Position numbers and translations under genes: made by a program. Positions 39,486 through 52,300 of a stretch of DNA of 64,000 nt are shown one piece after another. The notes beneath the pieces were generated by a model that was given only the letters and a program-made list of their open reading frames with translations, made no database searches and was not told the DNA's origin. Position 1 is the first letter of the stretch; each line of letters opens with the position of its first letter. The stretch is from positions 14,632,001 to 14,696,000 of the forward strand of contig CM102286.1 of NCBI GenBank assembly GCA_046563655.1. The letters are read 5' to 3'. Source of the DNA: Yuukianura sp. NJ FZ-2021. Lineage: Eukaryota.

Positions 39486-39709
39486 CACAGAGGTCACTCC
39501 AGCTCAACTCCAATCCATGAAACAATCTGAACAACAAGCCAAAGGTAATGCTGAACAAAAACTATCTGAACTTTATTTTTCAAGAAAGTTAATTTTTTGA
39601 ATTATTTTCCAACAGGGTCAAGGCTGTTCAACTTCAATCTAATCATCTCATTTGTGCCAGTGAAAGTAGGGGTGAGGCTAATCAGCTGAATAGCGGATTA
39701 CTCCGCTTT

Positions 39710-40689
39710 TTATTGCTCAGCCTGCATACTTTCTTCTCCAGAAATTCGTGACCTTGGTGCAGTTGGAATATTAGTACTGAGGCGGCAATTTTGGAAATGC
39801 CAATGTAGATAGCATGATCTTAAGTTAAGCCTAGAATCATCACATAAGTAATTAATGCGTTCATAATTCGAGTCTTCAGAATAACAATTTCGTAATAAAC
39901 TCAAATCGCAACTGATTTTAAATATTTTTTATTTGACCTTTGACCTTACACCAGCGATGGATCTGGAAATCTGTCGAAACAAGTTGGCGCCAAAATGAAC
40001 GATTTGATAATATCTGGAGAAAGTCCTGTTCGGTGTGGAATGTTATCAAAAACGGCACCCACTATTCCTCGGATATTCGGAGCTTCTAGACAGTACTCCA
40101 GTCCATTGTAGTAAGTCTTCGTGAAAAGGCGAACAGCTGATTGGGTCCCCGTGAGGACCAATGAGGTGACGTTTCCGTCGAATTCAGCGACATGTCGAAA
40201 ATATGGTCCATTCGGCTCTCCTAAAAACTCGTCTTGCTCGTAAAATGTCACCGACGGCTGGAAAATGTCTGACAAATTGCCATGGCCACGCGCAGACGCA
40301 ATTCCGCCTGGAAAAGATGCACAACGGACGTGGTCGTATGGACTGTAGCCTTTGAAACTTCCACTAAATTTCTTCTCAGAGTAAAACGTCCACCTTAAAT
40401 TACGACAAAACTAAAAAATTTGCCAATTTCCAAAATTCAAAAATTAGCGTTTTCAAAAAATTGCAAAATTTTCAAATTTAGCTTACACTCCCGTTGCACA
40501 TTCTGCAAACGGAACAAAAGTGTTGACCTCTGACACGGAGGTGCCACTGGACAAATAAAGCGGACTTTCGTCAAACAAATTTGCTTCTTGAGAATTGAAC
40601 AAATACACGCGTGCTCTTCTGCCTAGAGATCCACACTGCACTGAAATCACAATCACAAAGGAATACAAACCAACGTACAATGGGTTCAT
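39710..40689 (-). CDS. Secreted beta/gamma-crystallin (Greek-key)-like protein
   Basis: Exons 40689-40487 and 40393-39950, plus a possible third exon 39911-39710 (otherwise the stop is at 39946). A signal peptide is followed by repeated motifs CATGVWTFYSEKKFSG, SVTFYEQDEFLG and SLVLTG...VRLFTKTYYNGLEYCL. Confidence 0.7.
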
Positions 40690-43600
40690 AGTAACTTTGT
40701 TTTTCTGAAAAATGTCAAATTTTGAACTTTTTTGAAAAACTTTTTGGAAAAGTACTTTTTCGATTGTAGTTTAGGAAAGTGAGACGTTGGTCCGAGTGAT
40801 AATGTCCCCTGAGGAGCCGTGTGTCACAGACTGAACATGATCTGTGTGCCTAACAGCAGCTTTTGGCTTTATCTTCTATTTGTTCAAATGGTGTTCCTAA
40901 GCTTCCACACCAAAAATCCTTTTGTTTGAACAGGACTTTTCAAAAAAAAGATTTTCAAAAAAGAGGGAAGAAACAGAAAAAGCACAAAAACTACCCTAGG
41001 TTCTCAAATATTTACAATCCTACAAACGGGGTAACAAACAGGGTTAAGGTCAAGCTTTTCAAAAGTGAGTTTCTATTACCCAATAGGCTAAATTCAAAAT
41101 TTCAAAACAAAAATAAAGAAGAAATTTTCATTTTTGGTTTTTCGAAACTGTGTTTTCATTTTCAGGAATCCATTAGGTGTGAAGAAGAAAACTTTCGAAA
41201 AAATAAATTAGAAAAAAACTAATTTTCTCTCTCCAAATTACTTTTTTCATGTGGCGCCTATCTCAGAACTTTATTTTCCGAAATGTACAGCATGATCCTA
41301 CTTTTCCTTTTCTCCGAAAACCAAAAACTTTTAGTTTTTCAAAAGTTGTTTAGTTGTGCAACCCTGAGTCTGACACGCTGATAAATCGGTTTTGATGGTT
41401 CATACGATCTTATTAAAGTTCCCCTAACCTTTCCCCGCCCCCGCTACCCTCCCCGCCCACCCTAACTTAGGGTCCTGAATAATGGAACACAGCATTCCCC
41501 AACCAGAACTACGGCGGGCCAGCACTACTTCCAATTTATTCAATTACTCTTTTCTGTTCGACGTGTCTAACGTCACACGAGAGACTCGTCATATCCACCA
41601 GATCCAGTTCCAGGGCTATCCTGAGTCCATTATGTTCTACTTAATTCATGAGAGCCATGTTCAAACATGTTCAAACAGTAATTCAAGGCACACACACCCC
41701 CGTCTCAAGGGCCCTTCACACATATTTAGACTCCTGCACCACCCTTCAAACATCTTTAGACTCCTGCACCCCCATTCAACATTTTTGTCTTTTCTAAAAA
41801 GTAGCAACTAAAAAGTAAAATTCTAACCACGTTTTTCCCCCCACACTTTTCGCTTTCTTTTCTAATCAACCGAAAAAAGTCAACAAAATTAAAGTTCAAT
41901 TTACTTTCTCCCAAGTTGTTTTTTTCCGAATGGGCAAACAAAGGAGCCTCTTGTTTACTGTTCTGTCACTCACGGGGGGAATAGAGTGAAAGTAAAGTTG
42001 TAATTAGGCTAAAAACATAACATTAGGCTAAAACCTAACGTTAGGCTACACCTTAACCTAACAACCTAACTTTGTGCTGGAAACCTAACGTATTCTTTGT
42101 TCTGGGAAGATAAGCGAATTAGACTTTTCGGAGCTGACAAAGGAGAAAGCGTAATGGGGAGTGATGGTGAAAGTGGAGATTGGTTTTGTGTTGTTGTTGG
42201 GAGATCATTCCCATAACTCCTCATAAATAAGTTCACTTGACAGGTCATTCTGCTGGAGTTACTGGAGGATGCTGGATGCTGGATGCTGGGCAAGTATCCT
42301 CTGTCTGCAGCTGCTTTCAGTCCCAACGGCCTCACCGAACCGAAACACCTCTGGAAAGTGGAAGTGTGAGAAAGCGTAAGAGCCTCAAGTGTGAAATCTT
42401 TGGTGTTAGGAGCTTTGTTTCTCCAGCACTTTCCTACTACTCTCCAGGGACTGCTGGAAAACTGCTGGAGTCTCCAGGAAAGAGGATTTCATGGTGGGAA
42501 AATTCAAAGACTTCTCATAACTTCCCATTTCATGCCAAAAACGCCGTCTTCACTATCACAATCAACCATCTTGAAACTCCCACTTTCTTCATCCCATGGC
42601 TCTCCACTTCGAAATTTCAGTTTTCAAAAAAAGAAAAAAAAGTTTCAAAAAAAAATTCAGAAAAAAATTTTTCGGGAAGCTACAGAATCCAAGCAGGACA
42701 CATCTGCCCTTGTCACATTTTTTTAAAAACTTCTTTTTTTTATAAAAAGTTCCGGTTTTCAATTTTTACTCAATGGAAAATTTCTTCTTTTTTTCTTTAC
42801 ATTTCTGTGTGTTTTCCGTTTAGTTGAGTCGTTCCGGTATAAAATACATGAAGTAGAAAATTTTATGTCGTCACATTTTCTTTGAAACTTTCGCTTAAGT
42901 TGATCCTGTTTATGCAAAAACTGGTGACAAAGAGACGAGGTCTCGAACCCAGAACCCCTCTTTTCCTTCCCTGCGCCTTATCCATTCCCCTGCTCCATCA
43001 TCATTTCAAATGAAGCATCTGAAATGCACTGGGGCAGAATTTCATTGGTCCTAAAGAGACACACACAGTGTCATTGTAATGGACCAACTTTTACACTAGT
43101 CTTGACACCCTTCCAGCACATTGGACTCTCGTTGTCATGACAATGTCTTCCAGAAGCAGCTTAACGCCCAAATAGCCCACTATCTTCCCATTGACTCCGT
43201 CTATTGTCCCATTTCTACCAAAAGAGTAGTAAATGGAACCATAATTTTATGCTAAACAATTTCGGCTTTCTTTTTCAAAAGATTCGGACTCGTCCATTAG
43301 ACTCCGAATGAGTGGACGGAATCTTTTGTTGCTTGAGCTTCATTGTTGTTCGGAAGGAAGTGGATTGGATGCGGTTCTGACAAGACGTCAAGAATTTTTT
43401 CCAAACTTTTTTTTTTGAAAATTTCTTTTGTGCATAAAGTACTTTTGTAACAAAAGGTGCTTTGGTGTACTTAATTCTGACAAAAGGAACAGGAAGATGT
43501 TCGGAATAAAAGTTTCGTGTTGATGGAATTGTGAACTGACTATCATTAGAGTCAATCACTACTTGTACAAATCCTATTTTAAGTTGAAGAGTGACTATTC

Positions 43601-46396
43601 CCCTGACTCTGCCTAAACTTCTGAAATGAATCTTTTCTGACTTGTCTGAGGAAGCGTCAGACGCTGCATGAGCATCAAGAGTTGCTGACTCGGCAGAAAT
43701 TGAATCTTTCAAATTCGAACCGCAGCCACCACGCCCCTTTCTTCTCCCGTTTCATCAACTAAGTCTAATGATGTGCTTACTTTCATAAAGTGAAGGTTCC
43801 AACTCACTCTATTGTTCACATAATAACATATTTTATGTTATATTATATGCATTTTTTATAATATATTTTTATACCAACTCATTTCTTGGTGTACAAATCT
43901 AAGAGTTGGTCGTTTTGTTTGAATTTAACAGCAGAGCGTGGATTTTTATCATCCCGATTTTTTTGCGGCGCGGACTTTGGGATTGTATAGCGTTGATTTT
44001 TTGAAACACAAAACTTACTGGGAAATACCAGTTTTTGGGGGGTATTGGAACCATTTTTCAAAAAATTTCAGAAAAAAATGCTGTTTTTTTTCGTTTTTTT
44101 TTTTGAAAACAGAAAGTAATAGGAAATGTACAGTGTGATTTTCCATGTCACTGTTCAATCCTTGAAGAGGCTTCATTTCATTTACTTTTTTTGACAGAAC
44201 ATGACACCTCACAAAATGAACTCTATCCGGCACAGAGGAGGGAGTTTTTGAAAAGCTTTTCATTTTTTGAAATTTCCCGCTTCGAGTACAATGGGGATGA
44301 TGACTTGGCCACTCGGGAACACCAACCCTTTACACTGTAATAAGTATTGTCCAATGAGCACATGCCATCCTCACATGAACAACGTCACACTAACAACCGT
44401 TCACTTTTTTACTTTAGAAACTGGTGGCTGAAATGTCTGACAAGTCAGAGGAAAAGTCACGCTTTGGGAAATTCAAACATTCCTTTTGTAAACGGTTTCC
44501 ATGTTGAGCTGCTGACATGAGCTTGATTGAAAAGGAAGTTTAGGCATGACGACAGTTCGGTGACATGTTCCCACATGCGCATCAGACATGCAGACATGTT
44601 GGACAGTGCACGATTTGCACGAACAATCAAACACAACTGCTACTGCCGGAAGTAACCATTTTCTACTGGGCTTAATAACACACCAATTTACTAAAAAAAA
44701 GAATTTCAAAATTTCCTTTTCCCAAAAAAAAAAGAGTTAACAATGGAAACAGAATTTTGATTTTATTATCGCTATTTTGGCCTGGCTGGCTGAAACGTTT
44801 TAGCCGGCAGAAACCTTTTTTTCCCACCGGTAATTACGGAAATTACCATGCTAATCACAAACCTGAAAATTTCAACAGAGCTCATAAAATTTTAACATTT
44901 CACAAGAAAACTTTCTCCAACTTTCTCTTTTACCTTAAAAAGCTTCCGGAGGATCGATATCCGACTACTCCGAGTTTTAGTCGGTTCCTTCCGCCGTTGA
45001 GTGAGCCTCAGGTGCACTTTGCCTAATTGAAATTGTATTTGAATGTGGTTTTGCCTTCGTAAAAAGACGATGAAGCAGAAGGGGTCCCTCTGCCCCTCTT
45101 CTAAGGGCTTGTCCTGGGGGGCCTTCATTAGAAGGTGTTTCTGGCCCCATTTCGGAGACCATTAGACGGAGAGTAAATGGGTCTGCAGGGACTCATTTCA
45201 GAGGGGAAGCCAAGGGTATTAGCCCCCTCCACCCCCTAATCCCCTTTCAAATTATTCTCCAGACCCCCCCCCCTTCTCCAGAGAGGGGGGGGGGTTAGAG
45301 AGAGACTCCTCATCATTCCCGTTTACTTCCATCCCATTTCCTCTGGCTTCAAATCCCTTTCTCCCGCTTTCTCTTTCCCGCTCGACGTGGAGCGAAGCTC
45401 CTTTCCAGCCAAGCGAAAAGACTTTAGTGAAAGTGGCAGTTAGCATTTAGCCTCCCTCCACTCCCTCATCCTCCGAAAGCGGATTACTCTCCCTCCTTTT
45501 TTTAAAAGAGACAAACAACCAAACAAATACAAGTCCACTTTCTCTTTTCTTACTTCAACAAACATTTATTTTTGTACGGTAGACATGCTAAGGAAGCGTT
45601 AGGTTACACTTAACGTTAGTTTTTAAATCAAACGCTTTTTAATTTTTAACTTATTTAAGTTAGTTTTAGCCTAAATCATGAGCCTTGCAACGGAACATTG
45701 CATTTGGGGGAAATTAGTCTTGAGAGCATCCAGATCCTTGAACCGGAAGATGTTTCTGCGGAAGGGGGGGGGGGGTTAGCATGACGAAAGGATTGGGTTT
45801 CCATGGGGGGGGGGGGGTTCTGGGTTGTCATGTCATCTTGTGCTGGTTCCCCACTTGAAGAAAGTTGCCGCCAAAATACAATTTCCGTTATTACCCTGTC
45901 ACGGCTAGAAATTGCTTTTTCGGGAATTACATTTCTGGTCTTCCGCTTCACTGGCGTTCCGCTTGGTTCGACTTTAAAAGGATCCGGTGGATATCCGGAT
46001 GCTGGACATTTTGTGGAAGAGATGAGGATTTGAGGATGATTGACTGTTAGTATTTGACTCAAGTGTAGATGATCATGATTGCAAAGGATACGAATTTCAA
46101 TGGCTCCACCTTCACTCAGCCCCACCAATAATCACATCAGAGCTTTACGACTTTAACTCTGAAAAAAGAGCAGAATTAGACACAAAGACACTCGAGTTCC
46201 ACCCATTGTGACCCTAACATGCAATTTGAGTTGCCCACAATTCCCACGCGGCGGCCATTAGAGGCCCCTCGAGGGTGGGCCCTCACCCGCCCCCTTCTGA
46301 ATTACTTCAAACACGAAACTATGTAATTTGTAACTCACCTGGATTGAGTCAGGGCTGGATTGAACTGGAGTCACCCCCGGTTCACACCCGCCCCCT

Positions 46397-49300
46397 TCAG
46401 AGGTGAGGGTAGTACTGCGGCGGGTAATGGTAGCCATCTCCATGGAAAGCTGCATCAGGCCTATGGACCATTTGCTGCCCATCCATCATGTACCCCATGG
46501 ACCCCTCTGGGGAGTACGCCCCACCTACCGTGGGGGGAAACACTGTACAAATTACACCACGTGACTCAGGGAAGCAACTGCAAGCATTCCACAATCCATA
46601 ATCCACAATCCATTCAACCCAAAAGTCCAGTGGAATGGACGAGAAGGAGGGATTTTCCGATTGGAAAGTTGAGGGAGAAGATGCATGGCACCCTCCGGAC
46701 ACATTTCTCAATCTTTTAGGAAATGGACGGAAATTCAAAATTTTAGAAAATGGAAGTTCCAGAAGAGAGTTTTCATTTGATTTTAATCCAGGAGAGAGTG
46801 GAAGTGTTGGTAATGAGACAATTAGCACTCTGGAACCTCCTTCGTGCGAAGATCATTTGAAATTCCCGGGAGAAAAGAGTGGATGGAAGAGCAGTGGAGC
46901 GGGAGTTTTTGAGCCACCGCAGAAAAGCTCCTTTGAAAGTGACAGGAACCAAGTGATTGATGAGGGCAGGACGATAAGATGCGAATTTCATCCAACTTTT
47001 GAATCTCCCGCTTTTTCAGTTTCTCCCGCTGGAACCAATTCCACAAAATCCAGAGAGCAGAAGGGACTCTTTCAAAACAATCCGAATTCGGATCGAAGGG
47101 GGGAAAGTAATTGGTGGATTCCGAAGCAGAAAAATCCAATTCTGAAATCCAATTCTTGTTTTCCTTCTCCGGGGACTTTCTCTTTGTTTGTAATTAGGAA
47201 AAGAGAAAGTGATTCAGTGAATTCACGGAGGTTTTTCCATTAGAGTGACAAATGAGTCCTAATTAAAACTCCCGCCTTTCTCCCTCTGGCGGGAAACCAC
47301 AGAAGAAGTATCTTGTTTCTTGAATGGAGAAAGCGAGTGATATCACAAGTATCAGATGCTCCTTCCGTTTCTTTTCTAACGAACCGAATTTGGGTGGGAT
47401 TTTGTTTCACAATGTCAATCACACTCTCATTCAAACAGAAGCTAAAAAGCGGCAAAATTCAAAAATGTTTGTGTTGTTTTTTTACCGGCTCCTCCTGCTC
47501 TGTTTGACTGGTCGATCAGTGGCTGAACTATTCGCCTCCTCGCATTTATGAACCTGAAATTCAAAAATCAAAATTTAAGCATCGTCGCTTCCAGAATTTT
47601 TGAACGTGGGATTTTGTAATGTTTGTGGAATTAGGCGGAAGGTTTGAAAGTGATAAGAAAATAAATTAACTTCAACTCATAAATGCACAGAAGCATCTCA
47701 GGAAATTTCAATTTGTAATTTTCGGAAAAAGTTGCGTGTTGTGGCAGAATCCAATTTGTGGATGGATCCATTTCGGAATTACTTGAATGTGGAAAGTGTG
47801 AATTTGGCGCGTGTGGGATTGTGTTTATGGCCAATACCTTGCGAGATGAATGGTTTGAGCGGGAGAATTTGAAGTGAAAGTAAACAGGAAATTTGAATCG
47901 GCGTCTTCAGCCCATTACCATCCTCGTTTCAGGAGAAAGCGGGAAACTCCAATTTCACTATCGGATCACAATCTCCCATAATCACCCGGGTATTTTCCAT
48001 TTCAGGGCGGAGGGGAGCAAAAGTCAACGACAATGACTCAATGCCACCCAAATGCAAAGCAGAAGTGTGGGAATTTCAAACTTTGCTTTCACTTTCTTTG
48101 ATTTGTGATTGGTCAGTGTTAAAAGTGTGAATTGACCAATTCCCAGCCGTTGCACGTCCAGTTTGAGCGTGGCGGCAGAATTCGGATGGCCAATTAGATG
48201 AAAGTGAGCATTAAGCCAAGCTGCTGCGGGATGCGAATGACCTTTGCTCTCCCCACTTTGCGTCATCTGCTGCCCCCATCAATTCGGCGGGACTTTATGA
48301 AAATTCAAACTCAATTCACACCCTCCCGCTCGAAATTTGAAAAGCTGCTGGACGTGAGTTGATAAGAAAAGTGCGAGTGTGTCGTAAATCAAGGCGTTTA
48401 ATTCTTTTGATTTCCTGGGAGACTTTCACATGTGGACTTCATTTGAATTTCCATTTTCCCGCCGAATTGTCTCCGACTTTCCCCGGGGGAAAGTGAGACA
48501 CGTTTCTTCTTCTTTTACGGAGCTAATGGAAGTGGGAAGCCTTTTTGTGGGCCCTTTGAAAAATGAGCCTGTCAAGTGAGAAGGGGAGTTTGGAGTTTCA
48601 AAATGGCGGCAAAGTGCCTTATCGATTCAAATCTAATTGACTTTCTTCATCAACATTCTCACCAAAACATTTTCTAAACAAACGAATTTTTTAAAGGTAT
48701 GAACTGGGCGTTTAGCAATTTCAAATTTATGTTTTCCTTTGGCGGCATTTTGTGGAGTCTGCTTCTCAGCGGGAGATTTAAAAGTATGGAAATCGATTAA
48801 CTTAATTGCGTCTCTCCTGTGACCTTTGACCTCCACTTTACTTGGATCTTTTGCTACGACATGTGAAATGCACAGTGTATGTTGTTTGTGTAGTGTGAAT
48901 TACATGGATAAACACATTAGGTTAACATTGTTAGGGTGAACATGGCCTGAATGCTTTCTGCTGAATTTCCCTAATCAAAATCCTCCTTCCGATCGATCTG
49001 CTCAACAAAAGACGAAGAAACTTTCGTCGAATTATCCAAAGTGCGTCCAAATTCGAGTGAAAGGTGAAAGTGTTTTTGAAAATGACAAAAGAGCTTCAGA
49101 TTCTCTGAATTATGCATACAATGACTCACTTTCTTTTGTTAACGTTTGTTTGAAAATTGTTTCACTTTTTTAGAATTGAAAAGTTCTGTGTTCAAACGTG
49201 TTTGAATGTCCAACGGTCAAAGAATTCAAACTTTTTGTTGAAATTTGGAAATCAAAAATTAATTGACAAGAACTGTCACGTGGGTTGATGGATGAAAAGC

Positions 49301-52300
49301 TCTTTTGAATTTTTAACGAAGGCCACCGTGTGTGTTTTGTGTTGGATTGAATTTCATCGCTGATTTCATCTGATCTTTGTGTGTTTCGTTTGAATTCCGC
49401 TTCGTTAAAATTAAAAAAGCGACGTGTGTGGCTTCTGTTTTTTAAATTGGGGCGCATCTTTCAGATTCCTCGGAGGAATCCGCCCTTCAGCCGCAAAATC
49501 TTCTCTCTGCGCACTCATTTTGGGGTGGATCTGTGCGTTTTGCTGCAGCGATCAATCAGCGTCTTCTCAAAAGAGACTGAAATGCACTTTCTAATCTCTT
49601 CACTGCTCCCCTCCCCACTAAATCATGTGACCATCCAACTAACTTCTGGAGGGAAAGTTTGAATTGTGTTGGTCAGTCCAATTAAAAGTGAAAGTTCCTA
49701 ATGGCTCAATCCTCGGTAATTTCAGGGGAAAATGAGTCCCCTGTGCGTCGTTTCTTTTGACTTAATCTCTCCCTCTTACGATAAGTGTAATTTCGGAATT
49801 TTGAAAGGAAAAAGGCGGGAAATTTGAAATTTTGAAATTACTCACCAGTTGTTGACTTGCAGAATGGTGAGTCCCGTGTCTTGGGCGAGTTGTTTCTTTT
49901 GATCCTCGGATGGATACGGATGCTGCAAATTCAAACAAAAGCAGAAATTATTTTATGTGATTTTCCAACCTTGAGGCGACGTCGTCGCCAGTCGCCGTTC
50001 GCTGCGTGTGTGGGCGGGAAGCGACTTTTGATTTGAGCAAATTGTAGTTCTGATGACAGGTCGTTAAGTAGGGAGTTTGTGCTAACAAGGACGACACAGA
50101 AGGCGTGGCACTTCGGCACGCGATGTCCAAAGTACAAATCGAGCTGACTTTCAACCGACATGATCCGAAGCCACTCTTAACTTTGCGCAGTGGCAGAAAT
50201 TGCCACAATTCACTTTTGTTATTGCCAATTTCAGGATGGAAGTTTCTTCCTTCCGGAATTCCTCTTTTGTGTTTCCGTCGTAAAAAAAGAAATGACGAGG
50301 AAAGTGTCTTTTAGTGGCACTGAAATGCTGGGAGTGTCTGTTGGATGGTCCATTTCAAATCACGACAACCGCAAATCATAAAAAGTGAAACTTCATAAAA
50401 GTCTGCTTTTAGCGTCACGTGACTTTCAATTTCTTTTTCTAAAAATAGTTTGCTTGTGTCTAAAAATGTTTTGTGGGTTGTGATTTTCGCGGGTAATTTT
50501 AGAGACAATTTTTTGCCTGTTAATTTTCGTGTCTCTTCCCCTGAGTGTCGTTTTCTAAGAAGTTTTGTGTGGAGTTTTTCGTTGCTTCTGCAGAATGTTT
50601 TTTTTTGTGTTGGAATGGGCTGTCGCCAATTCCGAGGATTAATGGCGTCTCCTTCCACTTTTTTTGTCGAGTGCTTTTCCGACTTTCTCTCTTTCGAACT
50701 GTGGATTAATTACATCGTGAAATGGAGAAAGTCAAATGGACGCATCACTCACTCTCTCAATTTCCAGAAAAAGTGTCAACTCTGGACATTTTCTTTTCGA
50801 AATTTCGAAAAATGTCAAAAGTTGGCGTGTCCCAGTTGGTTCCATGTCAAATGTCAAGAGTGTCTCATGCATAGTCAAAAGAGCGGGAACTTTCATGTAA
50901 AATTCAAAAGTGACTTTTGTGGAAATTGAAATTGGACTTCTGTAGGAGTCCCCCGAAGTTCATTACGACGATTGATGGCGGAGGGAGACGCAAACGACGT
51001 CGTTGGATCTTCTGGAAATTGGTTGACTTGCACTCAAATGTGCGTCTGGAGGACGAGATCAACCAAACGACGACTCTGCGCAGGAGGGATGCGCACAACG
51101 CATTTCCATGCAAATCTCTACTTTTGAAACTGAACTCTGCAGGGGGCCAAACACAAAGTTCAGTTTAAATTAATTTCTGTTTTTCTGTTAATCGTTTCAA
51201 CTTTGCTTCCAAGTGAGACTAAATTTCTGTTTTCTGCGTCTGTGCAATGCATTTGACTTTTGGGGGAAATGGAGAAATGTTCCACTGGGCAAATGTTCTT
51301 CATTTCCTCTTTCATTTCCTCACTTGGTTTCACATGACGTGAAATGACTCGGAAGTTGCAAACGACGAAAAACGACTTTCATTTGAAACACGAAATTCGA
51401 ATTTTCATGAAGAAGTTAATCGTCAAATGATTTTTATTTCAAAAGTATATTTAGCAACAGAAATCAAAATCAGTTGCTTATGTGGCATGAGCTTTTGAGT
51501 TCAATTTGTGTTTGGTTTTGTCCAAATAAATTCGGGGAGATTTGAAAGCATAAAAACCGAATGCGGGTATTTTGTGCTTATCTTTGAGAGTGAAATGTTT
51601 TATCTCCGTCCAGTCATTCAACCGAATCCGGGCATTCTGGACTCAATTCTGACTCAGCAGCCACTTTCCCACTAATGGCTCGGAACCATCCGAACTTTTG
51701 TGGCAAACTTCAACTTGAGTCAAATGGACTCGACCGGAAACAAAAACTACTTCCGAAACACTGTTCAAAATACTGCCAGTACTGAAATGTGCTTATGTTC
51801 AAAATACTGCCAGTGGTGAAATGTGCTTATGTTGGAAATACTGCCAATACTCAAATGTGCTGGAGCAGTACTTACCGTGAGATGCTGGAATAGCCACGCC
51901 CTCAGGATGTTCGTGGCCACTTTCGGGAAGATTCCGCGTTTCTTTTGGTTTTTCTTGCCGTTGGAATCTTCGTCGTCGTCGCCCGTCCCATCTCCACTGC
52001 CTATGCTTGCATTGCTCGCATCACCTGGACCCATAAGAGCAAACAAGGCAAAAGATTAGTCAAAATCACGTCAAAACGGCAAAAATCAAGTCAAAATTTT
52101 AAAAGACTTGCGTCAAAACAATCAAAGTGTCGTTAGCTGGAGGCGGGAGTTTTTTCTTTTTGAAATTCGTTGGGGCGGAATAACGAGATTCACGGAAAGT
52201 CGTTTCCACTCCCAAGCACAAAAAAACCGCCATTAACAAGTCCATTAAAAAAACATTTTGAGGGAAATAAAAAAGAAGATTCTGAGAAAAAGACAAAAGA

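Noticed and set aside
42000..42095. TTAGG/CCTAA-like runs suggesting an interstitial telomere or Helitron end
   Set aside because: Few, degenerate, mixed-orientation units and no other element hallmarks.
45676..46128. 150-aa ORF downstream of hth copy B
   Set aside because: The poly-Pro comes from G/C homopolymer runs. The region looks like 3'UTR (AATAAA on the minus strand near 45565), and splicing into it from hth gives immediate stops.
40700..46300. A recombinase or transposase in the spacer that could drive inversion
   Set aside because: No ORF with recombinase, integrase or transposase motifs is visible. Any flipping would have to rely on homologous recombination between the arms.
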